From positions 1 to 64,000 of the forward strand of contig MCFE01000174.1 of assembly GCA_002104905.1 (NCBI GenBank): a stretch of 64,000 bases of DNA, in the 5' to 3' direction. The position numbers were made by a program, and so were the translations under genes. Under the pieces are notes generated by a model, which saw only the letters and a list, made by a program, of their open reading frames with translations, was not told the origin of the DNA and ran no database searches. The DNA is from Basidiobolus meristosporus CBS 931.73 (lineage: Eukaryota > Fungi > Basidiobolomycota). This document shows, piece after piece, positions 36,973 through 48,011 of the stretch (within the stretch, counting starts at the first letter, position 1; each line of letters opens with the position of its first letter).

Positions 36973-38803
36973 ACTATATCCTACCACTGGTATTATGGCA
37001 GAAATTATTGTGCCAAATAGTGCCACAGAGTACCAAATCAATCTGGCACTATAAACAGGCTGGCACTATGTGGCTCTATCTAGTAGAACAAGTCTAATGT
37101 GCCGACTGAAGGAAATAATGAGGAATCCTCAGACTCTTAGTCAAGTAGGCATTTGAGAACATCTATGGGGCTGGAAGCTGACTGTTATGCTCAGGCTGAT
37201 CAGAATATAGCAAACACAGTAACTCCAGCTGAAGACCAACAAGTGGATGTCATTGTATCACTACCACCCATATTAGCTAGTATGTTGTCTGCTCATACCA
37301 AAGCTTTAATGTAGCAATAAGGTGCAGTGGCTGATAGGACAGATGCAACAGCCCAGAGTAACCAGGAAATAGTCCAGAAATAGGATGAGCAGATAACTGG
37401 TGCAGCGCAATCAATATCTCTGGTAGAGAAAGCCGTATCTTTTCTGAAAAGAAGAAACTCAAGTAGTGCAATGTCACCACCAAGAAGTGAGCCATTTCCC
37501 AACGTAACAGCAGATGAGCACCATACACTTTTTGATGCACAACAACAGTGCCCAAAGATAATGCCTACAGTAAAACCTGCATAGCATGCAAGGGAGACAC
37601 TGAGGTGTTTATACCAAAGCCTAAAAATCTAGAGTTATTGAAGATCCGTTATGCAGTTAAGTACAATAATGAAGAGTGGGCTAATATTCAGGAGGCTGTA
37701 AGAAGTCTAGCACTTAATCATCTTAAGACCAGCATACCATGGGACCACTAGGAACTCAAGGCCAAGCAGAATGTTCTTGACTTGTTCTATGCGCATTATC
37801 CTGGATTCAAACAGGCAAACAGCTTTTGGGCCAGTATTGGTATGCTAAGAGTGTGTTGTAAGAGTAGCAGAAACCATTAAGGCAGCAGAACAAGGGTCCT
37901 ATGGCTAAAAACCAGTGGCTTCCTCAAGAGCCTGCTACAAGCAGAGTTAAAAACTCCAAGCAAGTGTCAAAGAGGCATCAAATAGCTGGAAGAGTGCCAA
38001 TGAGGGACTAGCAGACAGAGATAGATCAACCAGCACAATATTCATCAAGGAGAAAGCATAGTACCACTCAGGAAGCACTCAATCAAAGGAGCAGTGAAGG
38101 ACTTGGCAGTGATAAAAACCAGTGGCTTTCTCATGAGCCTGTCACAACTACAGTTGAGAGTTCAAACAAGCGGTAAAGAAACTTCAAGTTGCCACAAGAG
38201 TGCCAGCAAGGGATAGGCAGACCAAACCAGATTCATGAGAGTAGAATGTTTCAAGCCAAAAATGTAGTTCATTACAGGAAGTACTCACACAGAGTAGCAG
38301 TGAAAGTTCTGGCATTGATAAAGAAAAAGGTAAACAGAAAAATGTCTACCCAGGCCTGAGACAGGGAAGTATACAAAAAAACTGCGGTTCTTGCCAATTA
38401 ATGCCATAAGCCTGGAACAGACTAAATCCCATCATAGCCAAGAAGAATTACCAACAAGAAAGAAGCTGTTTTCACAAAAGTTGGAAGTGCAGCCGGTTGA
38501 GCCACACTCCAGCAAGATAGCTGGGTTTGCAGAGAAAGGTAACTTGCCTACCACAGCCTCCACATCCTCCATTGTTGACAGAGTGGATATACCACTAACA
38601 GATAAGCCTCCAACATCAAGAACTTGCAAGACTTTTACAATGCCTTTGGTGGAATTATGGAACATTAATAGACACACCAAGAGGTTGCAGCACTTCTTCA
38701 AGAGCAGTACTCAAGAAAACTCACTTGAATATTGCAAGGATTTACTGCAAGGACTGGCAGATGAGGTGCTAAACCTTGCAGTTTCAGCTGAAGACCAGGA
38801 CAT

Positions 38804-39604
38804 TGTGGTAGGGTAAACATACCTCCCACAGACAAGTTTACTCATATAGTCATTATGATATACTTATCCATATTTTATCTTATAAACATTATCCCATTCT
38901 TCTTTTGCCCATATTATCAGTATTATCCCCATATGATGTTTACCCTGATTAGTTATTAGCATTAGTTATCCCAGATGTTATTCAGCTTTGTGATCAGTAT
39001 ATGTATCTACATAAGGCAAGTACCTGCGTCAGTACCAATGACACATGACCTAAGTCTGTGTTACCATCCCTACCATTTCAATACCATATATGGTATTTTA
39101 TGTTACACAGGTTTCAGACTACTGATTCCTGATTGGTTGAATGTGCTGTGCCTTTTAGAACCTTCCAGGACATTGTTGGCATATTTTTGCTCATAGTGAT
39201 GTCATCAAGAATTCCACTGATACCTAGAATCTTCTAGAACCTTGTCATTAGTAATCACTTGGCAATCAGGAAAAGTATTTAAGGGAAAGCAATCCCTCAT
39301 CAATAAACATCCCTTCTATCAGTAACACTTCTACCTTATTGATTAGCAGTTGATCACTGCACCTGCCTTCAGCAGTACATCTCAGACCTGCCATCAAGGA
39401 GCTTTTCAGGGTAGTGCACAAGACACACAGAGGCCTTTGGAGACACTTGGAGCACCTAGGAAGCTAGAGAAGCAGGAGCTTTTACCATAGTGACATATTG
39501 ACAAATACACCAGCAGTTTAGACCCAGAGGTTATTGCACCCATCAGACACCTCACACACCTTGAGTTGTGTAGCTTCTCCCAGGAGTACCTCTACACCAC
39601 CACA
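38804..39604. mobile_element. Solo LTR, 801 bp (third family)
   Basis: TGTGGTAG...CACCACA termini, 4-bp TSD ACAT. Flanks rejoin into CACTA ORF2. An inverted copy lies at 44169-44973. Confidence 0.88.
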
Positions 39605-39665
39605 ACATGTGGGAACCAGTGAGTGAACAGCGCATAAAGCCATTGGGTTCCTGCCAGAGTCATGG

Positions 39666-40575
39666 TGTTGTGCATCAACATTTAAACTTAGCCAATTTTA
39701 CTCTGTTTGAAAATCTAGTACCCTAACTGATTTCCCCTAACCCAAACATAACTAAACCCAGTTACAGTTTATTTTATCCCACCTCAGAATCTATTTTTAG
39801 CTATCACACCTGATCTATTTTCAAATGGTCATTACGTTATCAACCTATCTGCTAAGCCTTCCCAGGTGATTAGTCATCTGAGATCTATCCAACCACTGTG
39901 CAGTTGCCAAGACATCTGTTGATTGATGATGTAATTTGCATTTATCTTATGCACCTATGAACACCCAAATTGATTTCAATCAATCCAGTCCCTTGGCACT
40001 TACTAATTCAACTTGATCAGAAAAGTATAAATAAAGCTTACTGAACCTTTTGGTTTAGTGTGTGTCTCAACAAAATTAAGATTCTGTCTCAGCAAAAATA
40101 AGAATCCAACAATTCAGTTCTAGTTTCTATCCAAGCCTAGTATATCTAGCACTCCAAGGAACACCAAGCCTAGCCTGCCTAGCAAACAAATATCATTAGA
40201 CTTGTTCCATCATTCCAGCTGATCATAGTGCCCAATAGTGCCATAGCATGCCAGATGGTGCCTGATCATGCCACAGAGTGCCAGATGGTGCCATACAGTG
40301 CCAATATGGGATCAAAATTGACATGCATATGACCCTAAACTATCAAATTAATAACAAAATATACAGCACTTTCTGGCACTATGATCAATGGCACAATGGA
40401 ACAAGTCTATTGTCTTTATAGCCATCCCAGCTAGATCCAAGACCAATATTAGATCAGAATCTTTCTGCTAATATTTCCGCCACTCTCTGACAATTATAAG
40501 ATTCTGCACTTAATTGTCCCTTTGGTTCAGTTAAACCATTCAAGAGTTTTATCACACTTTCTCTTGGATACAACA
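39666..40575. mobile_element. Solo LTR, ~700 bp plus MITE (fourth family)
   Basis: TGTTGT...ACAACA termini and a perfect TSD CATGG. Flanks rejoin into CACTA ORF2. Confidence 0.85.
40198..40408. mobile_element. 211-bp Harbinger-family MITE, copy 3
   Basis: Perfect TIR AGACTTGTTCCAT / ATGGAACAAGTCT; TSD ATT. Confidence 0.92.
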
Positions 40576-41359
40576 CATGGAAACAGAGCATTACAGCAGA
40601 AATACATATTGAGTGGTGGATTTTAATGGAGTTACTTGTTGAGTGTTGGGTTGGGCTTAATGTTAGTGTAGGGTATAGGGACTTGTATAGGTCACTACAA
40701 TTGGCAATTGAGGTACAACTGAAGTTTCAATAGAAATAAAGCAATTTGTACACATAAAAAGTAAGAGAAATTGTTGAGTCAAGAACCAAGGGGTGTCAAA
40801 AAGAGGCAATAGCCAATCAATGTACACAAATGTAGGAGGTGATCAAGTGTCCAGGATCAGAAAATGAGCATATTGGCAGGGAACCAATCTAAAGCCACCA
40901 ATATATTTCAGAGACAAAATATTTTGACCAAGTTTTGTGAAATCTGGGGTGCAACTATTTTTCAACAGTCTCTGCATGGTTTCCTGATAGAATCAGTACC
41001 TCTTAGTCATGGAACTTTAAATTTGTCAAAGCCTTTTGATGAGATCATTACAATAGTGTTTTGTAGGGTGTATTGTAATGTATAAGAACTGGGTTGTATC
41101 TAGAACAAGCCCTGTATACTTTATCCTATGTGCAACTTGGTTATTACTTTAGGGAGAATGTTGCAGAGCAAATGCATTACTCCCAGCAGAAAGCTTTTGA
41201 ACAAACAGATTCCTCCTATCTTGAGAATCTTGTGTCTTTAAGCTCAATATCCCACAGATGGTTTATAGTTTGTTAACTTGCTGCATTTGCATACTGGCTT
41301 CAGTATACTCTCTCTGGAAAAGCATGCTTTTCTTAATGTAGGTGTTTGGAAAAAAATAA

Positions 41360-42670
41360 TACAACTTGCTCCATAGTGATGTCAAGGGATGTGGTGCAAT
41401 CTGTAGTTACTAAGAACTATTGGGCACAATGCTATAGGTGCCAGCAAGCAGGGCTACTCTTGGACAATTTTGCACCATGTAGCACAATCTCATATACTAA
41501 AGGACAATGTGACACAATGCACTGTGGTAAAGGGAAGTATTCCATACTACAATATCTCAAAACCAATATTGCACTTATTTCCTTATATTGCCTTTTGTTA
41601 TTATAATACACAATGAAAGATCAAGAATTTTCAACTCTGAAGAACAAAAGCTCAAGACCCTGGCAGCCAATCCGCCCAAGAGTATTAAGTAATACAGAGC
41701 ACTTAATAGCTAATACATGTTCCATATTATAGCTCTTTTAAAGCAGTATTTAAGGAGTTGTGATCAGAAGTGTACAATGGCCATTTATACTAGGCCTTTA
41801 TTGCTAGGATGATTAGAGTGACTTTGCTTGTGTGTAACTTTTGAGCCTGCCAATCATATGAAGTAGTATCCTTCCAGGTGCTGTGCCTATACTCAATCTG
41901 CACTACTGCAAAGTTTTAGCTTTGTCTCACAGTCATTACTTGTGCAATTGCACAAAAACTTTGATCTTTCAGAATTTTCATATGCATAATCTCCCCAGCC
42001 AAAAAATAAAAGGCAAGCCTCTCTTTGCAGACTCTCCACACCACAATTACATGTTTAAAGGCTATAAGACTTCCCTTGCATTACTTGCATTGTTGAGTAT
42101 TCTGATATTACTTGGTTCTACATCAGTAAGGAAACTGCAAAGCTTATAAGAATCCAATCTAAGTTCCACAAGGAAACTACCACTTTTCTGTCAGAAAAGT
42201 TGCCTCTAAGAAACCCCTTTACTCTGAAGACACCCCTTCTAACACTGCATTAGTCTAAAGACCCCTTCACAGACCCCTTCAAGATGAACCTGTACACCAA
42301 AAAAGTCCCTTTAGACACCCCTTTAGTGCAAAGTCCACTCTAGATACCACTATAATAAGCCCCTCTACTATAAGGACACCAATTTGGATGCCCCTTTAGG
42401 TCTAAGGACCTCTTTGGAGACTCAATGGACTTGCATTTAGTTAAGCAGTTAGGCAAGTTTTGGCAGCTTTGCTCTGAAATGTGCATGTTGACTTGGTGCC
42501 TGGTACTCTTATGATGGGTGTTGAGTTGTATTGGACTGATTTGCACCAGTGCACTGGCATTACAAGGGATGATAAGGGGTCCAGCAAGACATGCTGGTGC
42601 AATCTAGATGCAGTTGCCTGCAGTATGTATTCTTCTTCTTGAAGTTATCCTTCCAATCCTGAAAGGTGTG
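41360..42670. repeat. Old non-coding repeat with a Harbinger-family-like end; reverse-complement homologue at 61652-63300
   Basis: 41360-41520 aligns to the reverse complement of 55700-55885. 41530-42200 aligns to the reverse complement of 61.7-62.7 kb. Confidence 0.55.
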
Positions 42671-43829
42671 CAGTAACCCCTATGAAGAATAGTTTGGTCA
42701 CATGGGGGGATCCAATCCAGATCAGACATTGGGATCCTGCAATGAGTCAATCAATGCCAGCAGCTTGACAACTATTGACACTGCACACAAATCCAATGAA
42801 GGGATCATGATGATATTTTGCTGATTTCACCACCAAGTAAAGTAAAAACTTGTTGGTGTTCAAGCAGTCTTTTGATAAGATATGCATGGTATTTCAATGG
42901 TTTTAATGCACTCTACATTTATATCAGTAAACCTAACCAGCTGGTACATCCAATTGTCATTTGTGGCAGGAAGCTTGACAGTGCTCTGCTGGCCTCTATG
43001 CAAACTTTTGCTGACATTGATGAGGCAGTACAGTTGCCTGCAACTAGTAGTGTATAACTCTACTGTACCAATTTACCAAATTGTAACTTCTTTCCACCAC
43101 TCCTTGTGCCATTTATGTATTCCACTGTAGAATCATCCCACTTTATCTGCTTATTGACTACTACAATGTGTAGTCCAAATACAGTATGAGTCAAAAAACC
43201 ATGGCCTCCTCCATACTAACCTTTACATACATGCACACCTACTGCAGTTGACACACTTCTATCACCTGAGCTTCACAGCTTTTAGTGCGGCACTTGCAAA
43301 GTTGTCTTATACTTTGTATTGCTAGTGACATATACATCTTGCAAACATGAAGCTGGTTGCTTCCACTGTTGCCATGAATATCTCCTGAATTTCTGCAAAG
43401 AACTTCTTAGTATTTAACAAACAAATTCCTTCACCCTGCTGGATCCTATTCCCCCTTATAGATATGCTTTGGCTCTTGTTTGTGTGAGTTTGGTACTCAA
43501 TGGTGTAGAAGCTGGCTTGTGACAAAGAGAAACACAGAATACTTTATTAACTTTGTCCTAATGAGAATTAGTTGCTTGTTATAAACAAGCCAACTTTGTA
43601 TTGCTTAACTCATTACCCACTAATTGAGGCTGCTTAACTTCTCAATAGAATAAATTTTTTCTTTCATAGGTGTCACTATATGCACAACTTTCCTGAGCAT
43701 TTTCAACTCTTCCTGGCTGTCCTCCATGTGCCAATTCAACACATCCACGATGGACTTGAAGGTAGTATTCTTGATGAGATTGGCATATGGTAGTACCTGC
43801 AACTTAATAGTAAAACCTATATATAGCAC

Positions 43830-44986
43830 ATATAGTGCCAGATAGTACCAGTGGACAAAGATATTGCCATATATTTTTGTGACTTGATACAAGCTACAGG
43901 AGATAGATTCAGAGTGTCATGGGCATTCAGTACTAGATGTATGTCTTCATTCCTCTTGGGCTCTTGGGCATCCTACACAACATTGATCCATAAAAAATGG
44001 TCAAAAAATGAATTTTCTCCAGTACAATGGGTGAAACACACAGGCTGCTCTGCATGAAGATGCAGAGCTATATTTCACACTCTGCGGCCAAGTATAGGCT
44101 CACTTGACCTCCCTGGTACACTAGGGCATCATTTAGAACTCATGGCTCAAAGTGGCACTTTCCAATGGTGTGGTAGTGTAGAGGTACTCCTGGGAGAAGC
44201 TACACAACTCAAGGAGTGTGAGGGGTCTGATGGGTACAATAGCCTCTGTGCCTAAACTGCTGGTGTCTTTGTCAATATGTCACTATGGTAAAGGCTCCTG
44301 CTTCTCTAGCTTCCTAGATGCTCCAAGTGTCTTCAAAGGGCTCTATGTGTCTTGTGCACTACCCTGAAAAGTCCCTTGACAGCAAGTCTGCGGTGTAACT
44401 GTTAAAGGTAGGTGCAGTGATCAACTGCTAATCAATAAGGGAGAAGTGTCACTGATAGAAGTGATGATTTATTGATGAGGAGTTGCCTTCCGTTAACCAC
44501 ATTTCCTGATTGCCAAGTGATTACCAATGACCTGGTTCTAGAAGATTCCAGGCATCAGTGGAATTCTTGATGACATCACTATGAGCTAAAAGTATGCCAA
44601 AAATGTCCTGAAAGGTTCCAAAAGGAACAGCACATCCAACCAATCAGGGATCAGTAGTCTGAAACCTGTGCAACATATAGGTTCCATATATGGTATTTAA
44701 ATGGTAGGGATGGCAACACAGACTTAGGTCAAGTGCCACAGGTACTGACGCAGGTACTTGCCTAATGTAGATAAATATATAGATAACAAAGCTGAATAAT
44801 ACCTGGGATAACTAATGCTAATAACTAATCAGGGTAAACATCATATGAGGATAATACTAATACTATGGGCAAAAGAAGAATGGGATAATACTGATCAGAT
44901 AAAATATGGATAAGTACATCATAATTGCTATGTGAATATACTTGTCTGCGGGATGTATGTTTACCCTACACCAATGGAACAAGTCT
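43830..44986. mobile_element. Single arm of the foldback element, with a solo LTR inserted in its TIR
   Basis: 43830-44168 matches 36575-36910. The TIR remainder ATGGAACAAGTCT is at 44974-44986. Confidence 0.8.
44169..44973. mobile_element. Solo LTR, 805 bp (third family, opposite orientation to 38804-39604)
   Basis: Reverse-complement match to 38804-39604; 4-bp TSD ATGG. Confidence 0.88.
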
Positions 44987-45950
44987 AATAGTTGCATATT
45001 CTTTTTTGCTTCTGTTGAGGCATCAATCAATGTAGAAATCATCAAGGGGAAAAGAACTTGACACTCAGCAATCTAATGCTAGTATATCACTTTTTAGTCA
45101 ATGCTTGTGTGGACTTAAGACAGTCTTGTGTTGAAGACATCGCACATACATGAATGTAAAATTTGATAATGAACTGCCATAAAATGCATATTAAATAAAG
45201 TTGTGGCACCACCAACATATATATATGTAAGACCATTTCCCCCTGATCTAACTCACTTCCATAAAAATGATACTAAAAATATAGCAAAGTTGTCTGGTTG
45301 CTGGCCAAACCCAATTGTTGACAGCAGCAGAAGAATGGTTGAACAATAGCTTGCTTTGATATTCAGTGCAACAAGCAGGACTACATCTAAAAAAGCCATG
45401 TTGACACTATGTCCACTGCAGTTAATAATGTGGACTCCTCAGCCTCTCAGTTAAGTGGGAAAGTGAGATTCTCTACATAGCTGCATGCTGCCTATAATGC
45501 CAGGGCAGATGAGAATGGAGCAAATGCAGTACCTTTAGCTGAGGAGCAACCAGTGGCTATTATAACATCACCACCACCTGTATTAGCAAGTATGCAGTCA
45601 GCTCATATCAAAGCATTGATGAGGCAATTAGGTGCGGTGGCTGACAGGAGAGATGCAATGACCAAGACAAATCAGGAAAAAGTCCAGAGCCAGGATTAGC
45701 AGATAATAAGTGTGGAGCAAGCAGTATGCCATGCAGAGAATGCAGTAGACCTGTTTTGCTGGAAGGTGCCACATAGTGCCAGCCTGCTTATAGTGCCAGA
45801 TCAATCTGGCACTATCTGGCACTATAATATCTACCATAATGCCAGTGGTAGGATATAGTTACTGGTAATTTTAATCAATCTTACTTATTTTGCACAGAGT
45901 ATGCTTTCCTTGCTTTATTTACTCTTTATAATGCTCCAGACACATTTGTC

Positions 45951-46710
45951 TCAGTGGATGTCTTCTTGTATTAATATACTGTGCATCAATAAGTATCTTG
46001 ACTATTTTACCTATTTTGCTGTTTTCTCCTATATATGACTTTCCTCTATCTTACCTGCTAATATGCTGAATCTCTTCAGATATCCAAATGTATGTTCTAC
46101 CCTCACTCTGACATGATTAAATATCTCATTGTAGAGCTTCTGCTTCCTGCTAAGCACACCTTTCCTTGGCTTCCTATAAGCTCTAATACATCCTAATATC
46201 TGGCAATCCTCTGCTGTATAAGCTAAGTCTGCCATACATTTCTCCCCTCTACTGAATTCTGGATAATTCTCTACCCAGTGGGCTTTGTCATGCTATCTTG
46301 CAGCAAATGGCCCACTAAACCAGGTGATATTACCCTCAATGCCAGACAGTGCTTGAAACTTCACACAGTGTGCCTTGTACTTTCCAGAATAAAAGTGCCT
46401 CTGCACTCTAGAAGGTCTGTTAATCCTGACTGGAATGGTGTCCAAAATACTCTATATGTGGAACCTGTTGCTGAACACTCTGGGATATGAAAGTCTATTG
46501 GAGCTTCTGAACCTAGTACTCTAAGCTTACTCTAAGTCATTCATACCCTCTGCAAGGTGGTTCTCCATTGCTGTCAGCTGGGAATGAAAGTTTCTAGGAC
46601 TTTTGTTGCCATGGATGGTGGGATGAAAGCCTGTAGGGAAATAGCTCTTGTAATAGCACAGAAGCTTAACAAGGGATCTCCTTGAGTAGATTGGGGTAGA
46701 TGGACCACAG
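45951..46710 (-). pseudogene. Harbinger-like transposase copy 2, main part (N-terminus at 53581-53490)
   Basis: MADLAYTAEDCQILGCIRAYRKPRKGVLSRKQKLYNEIFNHVRVRVEHTFGYLKRFSIL; reverse-complement homologue of 33770-34510. Confidence 0.88.
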
Positions 46711-47097
46711 TGTGAGTACTCAATGTAGTACCCACTCTTTGCCCAAGTGTTCTCCCAAGAGTTCCCTCCAGAGTCCTACCCAAAGTCCTCCAGTACCCTC
46801 CCTATGATTCCCCCACGCGTCCTCCCCTCCTATCCCTGCCCTTATCTAGTTAGAACACTTACCATAACAGGAAGGTGTTCACACCCCTATTTTATAACAC
46901 ATTGTCTATTGTCTAAGCCCCCCCAAGTGATATATATATCTACCCAATTGAACCAGGAAGAACAACGAGATTTGGACGAAATAAACAGAAGTCTTTATTA
47001 CCTTGCTACCTTCTATTGGAAGCTATTCTGAACCAAGTGGTACTGACTTGACCTACAAGCTCTCCCACTCACCAAGTACAGTCAGTAATAACCCACA
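46711..47097 (+). repeat. 5' LTR of the young gypsy
   Basis: TGTGAGTAC...AACCCACA; direct repeat of 53098-53484. Confidence 0.96.
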
Positions 47098-47101
47098 TAT
47101 T

Positions 47102-47111
47102 TGGTGCCGTC
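47102..47111 (+). promoter_or_regulatory. Primer binding site TGGTGCCGTC (tRNA-His-like, tentative)
   Basis: Starts 4 nt after the 5' LTR with TGG. It is complementary to a tRNA ending ...ACGGCACCA, typical of eukaryotic tRNA-His as I recall. Confidence 0.6.
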
Positions 47112-47138
47112 TCTGCGGAAATAAGCACAAGTGAGGTA

Positions 47139-48011
47139 ATGACTACTACAATCAAACTAAAAACATACAAGGGAAAGAGAGAGAAAGCCCTTGAGTGGTT
47201 CAATAAGTTTGAGAGAGTTGCGGTTGATGCAGGATGGGACGACGATAAGAAAGTAAGAGAGTTTGCAAGACATATGGAAGGGTCAGCATGGCGATGGCAT
47301 TATGGGTTGGAAGACGCAGTCAAAGACGACTGGGATGCACTAGAAGAAGCCTACAAGACATGCTTTCTATATGCCAAAGGATACCACTACAAAGCCCTTC
47401 TACTGTCCTTGCGGAAGAAAAGCAGTGAAAGCTATGAAGCCTACACTGAACTGTTTCTCCAACAAGTTCGATGTCTCCCAAAGGACGAAATCGCCAAACA
47501 ACAGCTCATGAGGTACTACATCATGGGCTTAGACAACCAAATAAGACGTAGGGCGTCCGAAGAACAACAGGGATGTAAAACGTTGCAAGAGTTGGTCGAA
47601 CGAGTACAAGGGGTCATCTTGCTATGGGGGCTACCCTATAGTAATACGAATGATCGAAGGACAGGGATCCCCCGTAAGAAAGGAAAAATCACCTCCCCAA
47701 AAGACCATGAGTTAGAGGAATTACGGCAAAAGGTCCAAGAACTCTCGATCAACAATGTCCAAGAAGTCCCCAAAGAAGGTGATAAACTCTGGGAAGCTGT
47801 CGTAGATCTAAAGGCCCAGGTTCAAGTCCTGACCCAACAGATGGAACGACCGCAACAACAGTATCCGTGTTATGTGTGTGGAGAAGTAGGCCACCTGGCC
47901 CATGAATGTGAAAAACGGTATGGAAGAGAAGCCGTACCGGACACAAAAGAGAAGAAGGCGTCAAAAGACAGAGTCCCTTGCCAGGAGGCCAACAGGACTC
48001 AGTCAATCTAA
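47139..48011 (+). CDS. gag: Gag (290 aa) with CCHC knuckle
   Basis: WFNKFERVA...MEGSAWRWHY capsid-like region; CYVCGEVGHLAHEC knuckle; open frame. Confidence 0.93.
   Translation: MTTTIKLKTYKGKREKALEWFNKFERVAVDAGWDDDKKVREFARHMEGSAWRWHYGLEDAVKDDWDALEEAYKTCFLYAKGYHYKALLLSLRKKSSESYEAYTELFLQQVRCLPKDEIAKQQLMRYYIMGLDNQIRRRASEEQQGCKTLQELVERVQGVILLWGLPYSNTNDRRTGIPRKKGKITSPKDHELEELRQKVQELSINNVQEVPKEGDKLWEAVVDLKAQVQVLTQQMERPQQQYPCYVCGEVGHLAHECEKRYGREAVPDTKEKKASKDRVPCQEANRTQSI

Larger units (their letters stand above)
37099..41068 (+). mobile_element. CACTA-like element copy 2: ORF2 and right terminus, split by two solo LTRs
   Basis: Homologous to 30.5-32.2 kb; ends in ...TTTTGTAGGG at 41068 (reverse complement CCCTACAAAA). 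Confidence 0.75.

Noticed and set aside
46747-47031. 94-aa and 75-aa ORFs at 46747-47031 and 53191-53418
   Set aside because: They lie inside the two LTRs, derive from low-complexity pyrimidine-rich repeats, and show no protein motif.
47912-48011. Canonical -1 slippery heptamer for gag-pol
   Set aside because: The frames overlap in -1, but I found no X XXY YYZ heptamer in the gag frame. GAAAAAC near 47910 is out of register.
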